A stretch of DNA of 64,000 nt, from sequence record OR805292.1. One strand, 5' to 3'. A program made the position numbers and the translations under genes. Under the pieces are notes generated by a model. That model was not told the DNA's origin. It saw nothing but the letters and a program-made list of their open reading frames with translations, and did no database searches. Below, piece after piece: positions 38,304 to 46,368 of the stretch. Positions within the stretch are counted from its first letter, which is position 1. Each line of letters opens with the position of its first letter.

Positions 38304-39199
38304 TGAATAATTACGATCCGCAATATTTAAACATAATTAAAACTATTTTAGATACAGGTATAGATAGGGACGATAGGACCGGAATAGGATCCAGGGCCAT
38401 TTGGGGTGCAAATATGCACATAAACTTAACAGAAGGATTTCCTATTCAAACTTCACGACGTGCATCATTAAGAATTGCATTTGAAGAACTTATGTGGATG
38501 CTAAGGGGGCAAGTAGATTCTACTATTTTAAAAAATAAAAACATTAACATTTGGGAAGGAAATACTACTAGAGAATTTTTAGATAGTAGAAAATTAAATT
38601 ATTTGCCAGTAGGCCATATCGGCAAAGGATATGGATTCCAGATGAGAAATTTTGGAGGTCATTATTCTACTGTAAACGGAATCACGGATTACAGTAAACT
38701 TGACAATACTGGCATAGATCAGATAAAAAATTTAATAGAATCTTTAACTAAGGATCCACACTCTAGAAGACATATTGTTTTACACTGGAATCCTACCCAA
38801 TTAGATGATGCTGCCTTACCTAGTTGTCATTTATATCATCAGTATCAAATTCTTGATGGAAAATTAAATAGTAGTTTTGTTGCAAGAAGTCAAGATATAT
38901 GCTTCGGTACACCTACTAATATAATGTTTTATTCTCTATTGAATCATTTTATAGCAAATGTACTCGGTATAGAGCCAGGAATATTATACTATTCTGGAAT
39001 GGATGTCCACATTTACAACAACCAAATGGACATGGCAAAAGAATTAATAACCAGGTCCTGGCATGACTTACCTAAACTTATAATTAAAAAGGATTTAAAG
39101 ACTTTAGATGATATACTATCACTTGAATTTGAAGATATAGAACTAGAAAATTACAAATGTAATCCAGATGTTTCTAATAAACCTAGGATGGCTATATAA
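38303..39199 (+). CDS. thyA: Thymidylate synthase
   Basis: DRTGIG, FEELMW, YGFQMR, LPSCH, RSQD...GTPTN, D.HIY.N. Confidence 0.95.
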   Translation: MNNYDPQYLNIIKTILDTGIDRDDRTGIGSRAIWGANMHINLTEGFPIQTSRRASLRIAFEELMWMLRGQVDSTILKNKNINIWEGNTTREFLDSRKLNYLPVGHIGKGYGFQMRNFGGHYSTVNGITDYSKLDNTGIDQIKNLIESLTKDPHSRRHIVLHWNPTQLDDAALPSCHLYHQYQILDGKLNSSFVARSQDICFGTPTNIMFYSLLNHFIANVLGIEPGILYYSGMDVHIYNNQMDMAKELITRSWHDLPKLIIKKDLKTLDDILSLEFEDIELENYKCNPDVSNKPRMAI

Positions 39200-39510
39200 T
39201 GAAAACTCCGATCAATGTAACATACGATATCGTTGATGTAGTGGAAACTTTAAAAAAAGTAGAGCAATTATTATCTACGCCAGATATTATAGACATTTTA
39301 GAAAAAGAAAATATAATGGATAAATTAAAAGGCGAAGATCATGTATATACATCTGAGTCTTTGCTAAGTATGCTAACTACTATGTGTGCCCGCATAAATG
39401 AAATTCAAACAGACATATCATTGATAAAAAATACAGTTAATTCTATTAAAGATGCAATTGTATCAATGCCTAAAACAACCCCGTTGCCTCATATTCCGCA
39501 TTTATTTTAA
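39199..39510 (+). CDS. Hypothetical protein
   Basis: 103-aa ORF coupled to thyA. Confidence 0.5.
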   Translation: MKTPINVTYDIVDVVETLKKVEQLLSTPDIIDILEKENIMDKLKGEDHVYTSESLLSMLTTMCARINEIQTDISLIKNTVNSIKDAIVSMPKTTPLPHIPHLF

Positions 39511-39559
39511 CTATGTAGTTAATGATGTTAAAACGTATCTAAATATCTTTGTCATTGGG

Positions 39560-39588
39560 TTGACACGGAAGAAAACGTATAGTATACT
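39560..39588 (+). promoter_or_regulatory. Sigma70 promoter of the folE operon
   Basis: TTGACA, 17 nt, TATACT. Confidence 0.85.
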
Positions 39589-39658
39589 ACACAAATAATT
39601 AAAGCAAAGTGCAGGCGGCACTTTGCTTATCAAACTAAAATGATTTCAGGAGGAAATC

Positions 39659-40348
39659 GTGTCGTTAAACAAAACTAAAACTGATGCCGAACTAGGCAAA
39701 AAAGTACAGCAATATTTAATCCAACAAGGAGTAGAAACTCCTATGCAAGAGCAAACTCTAAACGTTAAAGAGCGGATAGATAAAATTGAATCTCATTTTG
39801 TTGAAATTATGAATGCACTTGCGTTGGATCTTTCCGACGATAGTCTTGCAGAAACGCCTCGTCGAGTAGCAAAAATGTATGTATCTGAGATATTTTATGG
39901 ATTGGATTATGAGGCATTTCCTAAATGCACCACTATTGAAAATAAATTTAATGCAAATGAAATGGTCTTAGTAAAAGATATAGATTTATATTCTCAGTGC
40001 GAACATCATATTTTACCAATAATTTCTGGATCATCTTCCGGTCGAGGCGGAATATCAGTTGCTTATATTCCTAAAAATAAAGTAATAGGTCTCTCTAAAT
40101 TAAATAGAGTAGCAGAATTTTTCTGCAAGCGACCTCAAGTTCAAGAACGACTCACATTACAAATATTTCATGCATTACGGTATATTCTGGAAACAGACGA
40201 TGTTGCTGTTTTAATTAACGGAAGGCATCTGTGTGTGGAATCTAGGGGTGTAGAAGATACAAGTTCGAGTACGATAACTTCTAAATTAAGTGGTGCATTT
40301 AGCAACGATCCTGCCACCCGTGCAGAATTTATGTCTCTTGTAAAATAA
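39659..40348 (+). CDS. folE: GTP cyclohydrolase I
   Basis: ETPRRVAKMY, SQCEHH, GLSKL.R, RPQVQERLT, HLCVESRG. Confidence 0.96.
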   Translation: MSLNKTKTDAELGKKVQQYLIQQGVETPMQEQTLNVKERIDKIESHFVEIMNALALDLSDDSLAETPRRVAKMYVSEIFYGLDYEAFPKCTTIENKFNANEMVLVKDIDLYSQCEHHILPIISGSSSGRGGISVAYIPKNKVIGLSKLNRVAEFFCKRPQVQERLTLQIFHALRYILETDDVAVLINGRHLCVESRGVEDTSSSTITSKLSGAFSNDPATRAEFMSLVK

Positions 40349-40352
40349 CAAA

Positions 40353-40385
40353 AACTACTATGGATAGGACCTATCCATAGTAGTT
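40353..40385. repeat. 33-bp near-perfect palindrome between folE and queD
   Basis: AACTACTATGGATAGG-A-CCTATCCATAGTAGTT, no U-tract. Confidence 0.9.
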
Positions 40386-40415
40386 ACACATAGCATATTA
40401 ATAAGGAATATAAAA

Positions 40416-40934
40416 TTGTGGCAGATTAATAAAAGTTTCAGTTTTGCATATGCTCATAGAGTCCATAATCAACACTTAGATGCAGATTTAGTTGAAGACA
40501 CCAAATGCAAATGCAGGCATTTACACGGACATACAGGTAAAGTAGTTATTCATTTAACTGGAACTTCTTTAGTAAACGGCATGGTAACTGATTTTAAGCA
40601 TTTAGGTTTTCTTAAAAAATTTATAGATGACGTAATCGACCATAAGTTTATTATAGATGCAAACGATCCTAATTTTAGTAAGATAACCAATGCATCTAAA
40701 TATTCTACTATAAGTTTTGAGCACTATGGAATATTCGATACATCTGAAGAGACAGTAGAACATGAAAAGGAACATGCAGATAGTTTTGTAATAGTAGATT
40801 TTGTTCCTACTGCAGAAAATTTAGCTAAATGGATCTGGGAATATGCTGAAAGCATTTTAGAACAAAAAGGTATAACTGTTTCTAAAGTAGAATGGTGGGA
40901 AACTGATAAAGCTTGTGCAACATATATTGCATAA
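40416..40934 (+). CDS. queD: 6-carboxy-5,6,7,8-tetrahydropterin synthase
   Basis: AHR, C.HLHGH, GMV.DF, DH, PTAEN, WWET. Confidence 0.9.
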   Translation: MWQINKSFSFAYAHRVHNQHLDADLVEDTKCKCRHLHGHTGKVVIHLTGTSLVNGMVTDFKHLGFLKKFIDDVIDHKFIIDANDPNFSKITNASKYSTISFEHYGIFDTSEETVEHEKEHADSFVIVDFVPTAENLAKWIWEYAESILEQKGITVSKVEWWETDKACATYIA

Positions 40935-40951
40935 TATAAAGGTAGATATAA

Positions 40952-42178
40952 ATGTCGAAAGAAACATGCTCTTATTGCAATAAAGGCAAAGATGATGTGT
41001 CTAAGTTGTTTCGTAGCCCTGCTAAATATGGATCAAATGTATATATATGTGATCAGTGTGTAACTCAGTGCAACAATTTTTTAGAAACTGCTGAAACAAA
41101 TGATCGGGAATCTAATAAATTAGAAATAAAATACACACCCGAAGAACTAAAGGAATTGCTAGATAAAGACATTGTAGGGCAAGATCACGCAAAAGAATTA
41201 CTAAGTCTAGCAGTGTATAATCATTATAAACGTGTAAACTATAACACTACTGAACACGATGTAGAGTTATCTAAATCTAACATAATGCTACTGGGACCCT
41301 CAGGTAGCGGTAAGACATTTTTAATATCTAGTATATCTAAATTGTTAAACATACCTTTTGTTTCTGTAGATTCTACTTCGCTAACAGAGGCAGGATATGT
41401 CGGTGATCATGTAGAGACTATATTTACTAGATTAATTGCAGAAGCAAATGGTGACATAGAACTAGCACAACGTGGAATCGTGTTTATAGATGAAATAGAT
41501 AAGAAGCGTTCTAAAAAAGGAACAAATTCTGCAGGATCTGATGTTTCCGGCGAGGGTGTCCAACAGTCTTTACTTCGGGTGTTAGAAGGAACAACGATTA
41601 AATTAGAACTAAATTCTAACAGTATGTTTAGTCCTAGACAGGAAATTATGTTTGACACAACTAATGTTTTGTTTATAGTTGGCGGCGCATTTATAGGACT
41701 AGATGCAGTAATAAATAAAAGACTTAGTTCTACTAAATCTCAAATGGGATTTGGTTCCGAAGCCGGTAAACCCATAGAAGGTAGTTTATTCTATGTAGAA
41801 CCGGAAGATTTGTATACATACGGTTTTATAAGAGAATTTGTAGGAAGATTTCCTGTTCTTATTGCGTTTCATGATGTAACAGAGACTATGCTTCGTCGAA
41901 TTCTAGTAGAGCCTAAAAGTTCTATACTTAAACAATACCAAACTATGTTTAAATTAGATAACATTGAATTAGAATTCGATGAAGATTTTATAAAATCTGT
42001 TGCTACTACAGCGTTTAATAGGAAAACAGGCGCTCGTGGTTTAAGAACTATTTTAGAAAAAGAACTATCTAGTATAGCATATAGATTGCCTTCTATAAGA
42101 CGAGAAGGGTTTAGCAAGATTATTATACACGAACTAGGAAAACATAATTTCATAAAAGGGCAAAATGAAGACATTTAA
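40952..42178 (+). CDS. clpX: ATP-dependent Clp protease ATPase subunit
   Basis: CSYC...CDQC Zn domain, GPSGSGKT, TEAGYVG, DVSGEGVQQ.LL, MGF loop, TGARGLR. Confidence 0.96.
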   Translation: MSKETCSYCNKGKDDVSKLFRSPAKYGSNVYICDQCVTQCNNFLETAETNDRESNKLEIKYTPEELKELLDKDIVGQDHAKELLSLAVYNHYKRVNYNTTEHDVELSKSNIMLLGPSGSGKTFLISSISKLLNIPFVSVDSTSLTEAGYVGDHVETIFTRLIAEANGDIELAQRGIVFIDEIDKKRSKKGTNSAGSDVSGEGVQQSLLRVLEGTTIKLELNSNSMFSPRQEIMFDTTNVLFIVGGAFIGLDAVINKRLSSTKSQMGFGSEAGKPIEGSLFYVEPEDLYTYGFIREFVGRFPVLIAFHDVTETMLRRILVEPKSSILKQYQTMFKLDNIELEFDEDFIKSVATTAFNRKTGARGLRTILEKELSSIAYRLPSIRREGFSKIIIHELGKHNFIKGQNEDI

Positions 42179-42371
42179 TATAATTAGTGGTCTTACTGTA
42201 GAAGTAAGACACGATAACTTTAACCAAGCACTTAGAACTTTTACTAAAAAGGTTCAAAATTCAGGAAAATTAAAAGAAGTTAGAGAACGCGAATTCTATG
42301 AAAAGCCTTCTGTAAAAAAGACAAAAGCTAAAAAAGCAGCAATTCAACGCCAGAAAAAGAAAAAAATATAA
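42165..42371 (+). CDS. rpsU: 30S ribosomal protein S21
   Basis: V.VR.D...ALR.F.KK....G.L.E.R.REFYEKPS.K. Confidence 0.92.
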   Translation: MKTFNIISGLTVEVRHDNFNQALRTFTKKVQNSGKLKEVREREFYEKPSVKKTKAKKAAIQRQKKKKI

Positions 42372-42373
42372 TA

Positions 42374-42709
42374 ATGGATCTTTGCAGGATTTTAAATAAT
42401 GAACTTACGTTTTGCAGAAATCGCAGGAATAAACTCTATTATGGCCTACGGCAATTGAATAAAGTTGACATCCCTGTAGATCCTGCAGATTCTTTACTTA
42501 TTTCCAGCATAAAACAGGATATAGAACATCTCCAATCGTATAAAGATGCTATATCCGAATGCAGCAGACTTGAACAACGTATAATCTGTATAGATAAAAC
42601 TATGCAGTATATCCGTCGGTATTGCAACCATAAGTTTGTGTATCACAATACTAATTATCATACAAATACAGATGCAGAAAAATGCATTTATTGCGGATTA
42701 ATAATTTAA
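42374..42709 (+). CDS. Hypothetical protein with C-terminal Cys/His motif
   Basis: C.H...C..C. Confidence 0.5.
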   Translation: MDLCRILNNELTFCRNRRNKLYYGLRQLNKVDIPVDPADSLLISSIKQDIEHLQSYKDAISECSRLEQRIICIDKTMQYIRRYCNHKFVYHNTNYHTNTDAEKCIYCGLII

Positions 42710-42710
42710 T

Positions 42711-43181
42711 ATGGCATATTTTTCAACTAAGAGATTTGGACCTATTTCCACTGGCCATCGTCAATGGAAAGATACGGGTCATTGCAGCAGAATACACGGC
42801 TACGGAAGAACAGTGAAGATTGTTTTTTCTGCTACTACATTAGATGATAAATTGTGGGTAGTAGATTTTGGTGGATTGAAAGATTTCAGGAAATGGCTGG
42901 AAGAACAATGGGATCATAATGTTTTAGTTGCATCTGACGATCCCAAGTTAAATATCCTTAAACAAATGGAACAAGAAGGTCTAGTTAAATTAAATATAAT
43001 GGATGTTAAAAAAGGCCATGGTCCCGGAATAGAAGGTTCATGTAAGCATCTGTTTGACTATTTAAATCCCATTATAGAAAAACATTCTGGCGGAAGATGT
43101 TGGGTCCATAGTATAGAAATATGGGAACACGAAAACAATTCTGCTATATATGAAACGTATAAGTCAACATTTAAAAGATAA
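42711..43181 (+). CDS. queD: Second QueD/PTPS-family protein
   Basis: GHRQW...HCSRIHGY, WVVDFGGLK, WDH, IWEHENNSA. Confidence 0.85.
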   Translation: MAYFSTKRFGPISTGHRQWKDTGHCSRIHGYGRTVKIVFSATTLDDKLWVVDFGGLKDFRKWLEEQWDHNVLVASDDPKLNILKQMEQEGLVKLNIMDVKKGHGPGIEGSCKHLFDYLNPIIEKHSGGRCWVHSIEIWEHENNSAIYETYKSTFKR

Positions 43182-43188
43182 ATAACAT

Positions 43189-43264
43189 TAGTATTCCACG
43201 AGGAATACTATACAACGAGTGCCATATTGGGCTCACACTATATCTTGCGTAAAGGAGATTAAAA
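43189..43264 (+). promoter_or_regulatory. ROSE-like RNA thermometer leader of hsp20
   Basis: Late promoter 43179-43184; hairpins 43189-43210 and 43217-43234; ATCTTGC 43242-43248 pairs with GGAGAT, G bulged. Confidence 0.6.
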
Positions 43265-43696
43265 ATGCAAAAACATGTTATAATGTCATCTAACCTAGCT
43301 AATTATAGATATGCACTAGGTGCAACTGATTTACTTAATACTATTACTAATGAACTTAGTAGCCAGAAGTTTCCTCCCCATAATTTGATAAAGAATGCAG
43401 ACGGTAGCTATTGCCTTGAATTAGCTCTTGCCGGTTATGATAAATCCGAGCTAGATGTTTATGTAGATAGCAGAGAACGACTGTTAGTAATAGAAACAAA
43501 ACCGGAACGAATTTTTAAAACTGAAGTAGAATACGAACACAAAGGTATTTCTAGTAAAGATTTTTCTGTCAAATTCAGGCTTGTAGACGATCTTATAAAT
43601 ATATCTTCGTGCGGTATGAAAAATGGCATTCTAACAATAAAAATTCAACCGCCAAGTCCCGCAGAATCACAACGAAAAGTAATTGATATAGAATAA
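43265..43696 (+). CDS. hsp20: Small heat-shock protein (Hsp20/IbpA-like)
   Basis: FPPHNLIK, ELALAGY, HKGIS.K.F...F.L, MKNGIL.I. Confidence 0.93.
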   Translation: MQKHVIMSSNLANYRYALGATDLLNTITNELSSQKFPPHNLIKNADGSYCLELALAGYDKSELDVYVDSRERLLVIETKPERIFKTEVEYEHKGISSKDFSVKFRLVDDLINISSCGMKNGILTIKIQPPSPAESQRKVIDIE

Positions 43697-43703
43697 TGTT
43701 TAC

Positions 43704-43735
43704 AAATAAAAAGCTGGTATTCCAGCTTTTTATTT
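43704..43735. terminator. Bidirectional terminator
   Basis: AAATAAAAAGCTGG-tatt-CCAGCTTTTTATTT. Confidence 0.85.
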
Positions 43736-43746
43736 TGCTATATAAC

Positions 43747-43774
43747 TTGACGACACTGTTTAAACATATATAAT
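43747..43774 (+). promoter_or_regulatory. Sigma70 promoter of clpS
   Basis: TTGACG, 16 nt, TATAAT. Confidence 0.65.
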
Positions 43775-43810
43775 AATGTGTATCAATTACGATCAACTTG
43801 GGATTTAAAA

Positions 43811-44113
43811 ATGACTGTAAAGGTAGCTAATAAAGTTGAAACTTCGTCTACTGTATTTCAACCTAAGAAATATAATGTAGTTTTCCACAACGATAACAAA
43901 ACCACTATGGAATTTGTTATGCAATTGTTAGTGTATATATATGACTACGATGCATCTAGCGCATACAATACAATGATGGAAGTGCATGAACGCGGCGCAA
44001 AGATTGTAGGCAGCTATACAAAAGAAATTGCAGAATCGAAACAGTCTAAATCTGTTCAACTTGCTATTAACAACGGTTATCCTGATTTTAAAGTAACTGT
44101 AGAAGAATCGTAA
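43811..44113 (+). CDS. clpS: N-end-rule adaptor ClpS
   Basis: YNVVFHNDNKTTMEFV...VH..GA.IVG.Y..EIAE.K. Confidence 0.92.
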   Translation: MTVKVANKVETSSTVFQPKKYNVVFHNDNKTTMEFVMQLLVYIYDYDASSAYNTMMEVHERGAKIVGSYTKEIAESKQSKSVQLAINNGYPDFKVTVEES

Positions 44114-44187
44114 TACAGCAAAAACGGGGGTAGACACCTGCCCCCTTCCCTATTATAATAAATAAAGCATATAGGGATATAAGAATT

Positions 44188-44736
44188 ATGAATGATTCCA
44201 TAAAGAAATACATATCTATTGCAGAAGCTGCATCGTCCGTAAAGAAAATTCCTATCCCGTATTCCGTAAGTAGTCTTAGTCCTACTTTCTCTAAAGATTT
44301 AGTAGAACTACATTACGGAACATTATATTCTAATTACATATCTTCAGTAAACAAAGACCCCAGTAATAAATTTTCATTTGCAGGTGCATACTTGCATGGG
44401 ATTTATTTTAGTCAATTTACTGATTCTCAAAAAAGATATTCTCCTTCCGGGATATTATTAAAAGATATAAAATCTAAATTTACTTCATTTTCTAAATTTA
44501 AAAATGAGGTTATATCTGCATGCATGGATGTTCATGGTTCTGGATGGATTTATGTTTCTAATACCCTTGTAATAAAGGAAATCCCAAATCACGAAGTAAG
44601 AGACGATATATTCTTACTTATTGATTGTTGGGAGCATGCATATATGCTCGATTATAAAGCAGACAAGAAGTCATACTACGAGAATATATGGAATATATTT
44701 AATTGGGAATATCTGGAGGGTATGTATTCTCAATAA
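44188..44736 (+). CDS. sod: Fe/Mn superoxide dismutase
   Basis: LHY..LY, LH..YF, HGSGW, DCWEHAY: four metal ligands present; TAAATA 44159-44164. Confidence 0.88.
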   Translation: MNDSIKKYISIAEAASSVKKIPIPYSVSSLSPTFSKDLVELHYGTLYSNYISSVNKDPSNKFSFAGAYLHGIYFSQFTDSQKRYSPSGILLKDIKSKFTSFSKFKNEVISACMDVHGSGWIYVSNTLVIKEIPNHEVRDDIFLLIDCWEHAYMLDYKADKKSYYENIWNIFNWEYLEGMYSQ

Positions 44737-44755
44737 ATAACTTCGGTGAATACTT

Positions 44756-45040
44756 ATGAGAACTAAAAAGCATTGGGATGAATGCCTCTTTTCTTTATCT
44801 TATGAAACTGCACAACACATGGCATTTGAATTAAAGGAATTTGCCAAGCAAGCAGGATTTAATCCAAACGGTATTAAAGTATTGTCGAAAAAACAAATTC
44901 ATAAATATGTAAAAGCTGATGCAGCTATTATGTGGGGCGAAGGTCCAGAGTGTTGGGCTAATTCGTTATTGTTTAAAGATTTATTAGGAGTATACGTATC
45001 TACCTATAAGGGTAACACAATTCTATTTCATGACAGGTAA
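44756..45040 (+). CDS. Hypothetical protein
   Basis: 94-aa ORF; TAAATA 44734-44739. Confidence 0.55.
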   Translation: MRTKKHWDECLFSLSYETAQHMAFELKEFAKQAGFNPNGIKVLSKKQIHKYVKADAAIMWGEGPECWANSLLFKDLLGVYVSTYKGNTILFHDR

Positions 45041-45049
45041 TGCAAATAA

Positions 45050-45343
45050 ATGATAGATATACACACTATTGGAAAAGATTACACAGTAATCAATAAAAGA
45101 AATGGTGTATCTGTAACAGTTAGTGTGGTATTTTATAAAGATATTTTACGCAATATAAAACCATATTCTATAACTCAACCTATAGACCAATATGTAATTT
45201 ATGTTTGTGAACAAATTAAACCAACTAAACCATATCACTGGCATACTAATTATTCGGAAACTATTAACTTAGAACATTTAATAAAAGAAACATTACAAAA
45301 TAATAAACAATTATTAATAATACAAGATTTATATACAGACTGA
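45050..45343 (+). CDS. Hypothetical protein
   Basis: 97-aa ORF. Confidence 0.45.
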   Translation: MIDIHTIGKDYTVINKRNGVSVTVSVVFYKDILRNIKPYSITQPIDQYVIYVCEQIKPTKPYHWHTNYSETINLEHLIKETLQNNKQLLIIQDLYTD

Positions 45344-45410
45344 TATGGATAGCTTTTGCAACAAGAAGCTTGAAGATCGACACAAACGCATGACGTAATA
45401 AGGATTATAA

Positions 45411-45638
45411 ATGAAAACATTTGATTTTACTTTTGGAGTATATAGAGCTAAACAGTGTGAATGGAAAGGAAATTCTAAAACACAATGCGGAGCAAAACCT
45501 ATAGAAGGAAAAGCATATTGTTTAGAACACTTTAAAAAGGCATATGTTAATATTTCTGAAGAAATGTTAGATAAACAAACAGAAGCACAGTTAAAGAAAT
45601 TAGAAAAAGAAATGCCTGTGGTAATCGAAGAAGAGTAA
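45411..45638 (+). CDS. Small Cys/His protein (C.W...C...YC..H)
   Basis: GcrA-C-terminus-like Zn motif; AAGGA SD. Confidence 0.55.
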   Translation: MKTFDFTFGVYRAKQCEWKGNSKTQCGAKPIEGKAYCLEHFKKAYVNISEEMLDKQTEAQLKKLEKEMPVVIEEE

Positions 45639-45669
45639 AAACAATCCCCGCAATTGCGGGGATTGTTTT
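45638..45669. terminator. 32-bp perfect palindrome/terminator
   Basis: AAAACAATCCCCGCAA/TTGCGGGGATTGTTTT. Confidence 0.8.
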
Positions 45670-45683
45670 ATAAGGAGATAAAA

Positions 45684-46328
45684 TTGGAACTTAAAACAAA
45701 TGAACAGAAATCTATAATAGGAACATTTGCAACTTTAATGTTAACTAGAATATTTGCAGCCGCCGGCGCATATTTAGCATTAACTATGCCAATTCTTAAT
45801 ATGAATTTACTTGTGTGTATATTTTCATATTTTGCTATAATGTTTATTATAGATTGTATTAGAACAAATGTGTATGTGTCTATTGTAGGGAGTGTATTTT
45901 TATTATTTTGGCAAGGAATAACATTAGGGAATGGATTAACTGCGTTACTGGGGGAAGTAGCGCCATTATTAGTTTTAGTTATGTTTACTATAAGTTCGTT
46001 TTTATATATGTTTCTTTGTGCAAACGCAATTATGTCAAAAAACATTTTTAGTTTCGCGTCGTCATTTAATGTTTCTATAGCAATGACTTTGCTTGTGACC
46101 ATAGTAATGTCTATACTATTAGATCTATCAGTCAGTTATTGTATAGGCAGTATGATAATAAACGTGATTAATTGCGTGGTAATACTCAAAACATTAGAAG
46201 ATTGTATAAACGAAAAATGTGAAAATATATCTATGCAAAAACTATCTACAACTGTAGTATTATTTTGGTACGATACAATAATGGAGTCTATAGAGAAACT
46301 TTTAAAACTATTTACATATAAGCGGTAA
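45684..46328 (+). CDS. Multi-pass membrane protein, Bax inhibitor-1/YccA-like
   Basis: About 7 hydrophobic segments; C-terminal LFWYDTI....KLLKLF resembles BI-1 LYLD.INLF..LL; TTG start after AAGGAG; adjacent to ftsH. Confidence 0.55.
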   Translation: MELKTNEQKSIIGTFATLMLTRIFAAAGAYLALTMPILNMNLLVCIFSYFAIMFIIDCIRTNVYVSIVGSVFLLFWQGITLGNGLTALLGEVAPLLVLVMFTISSFLYMFLCANAIMSKNIFSFASSFNVSIAMTLLVTIVMSILLDLSVSYCIGSMIINVINCVVILKTLEDCINEKCENISMQKLSTTVVLFWYDTIMESIEKLLKLFTYKR

Positions 46329-46368
46329 ACAGTTATATTACACACATAACCCCTTATAGGATCAAATA

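Noticed and set aside
38303-39199. dCMP hydroxymethylase (modified-base synthesis)
   Set aside because: It keeps the dUMP-specifying Asn (GTPTN) and the standard ThyA motifs.
39596-39658. preQ1 riboswitch in the folE leader
   Set aside because: An AAACTAA-like tail is present, but the 11-bp stem with a 5-nt loop lacks the preQ1-I loop and pseudoknot-pairing sequence.
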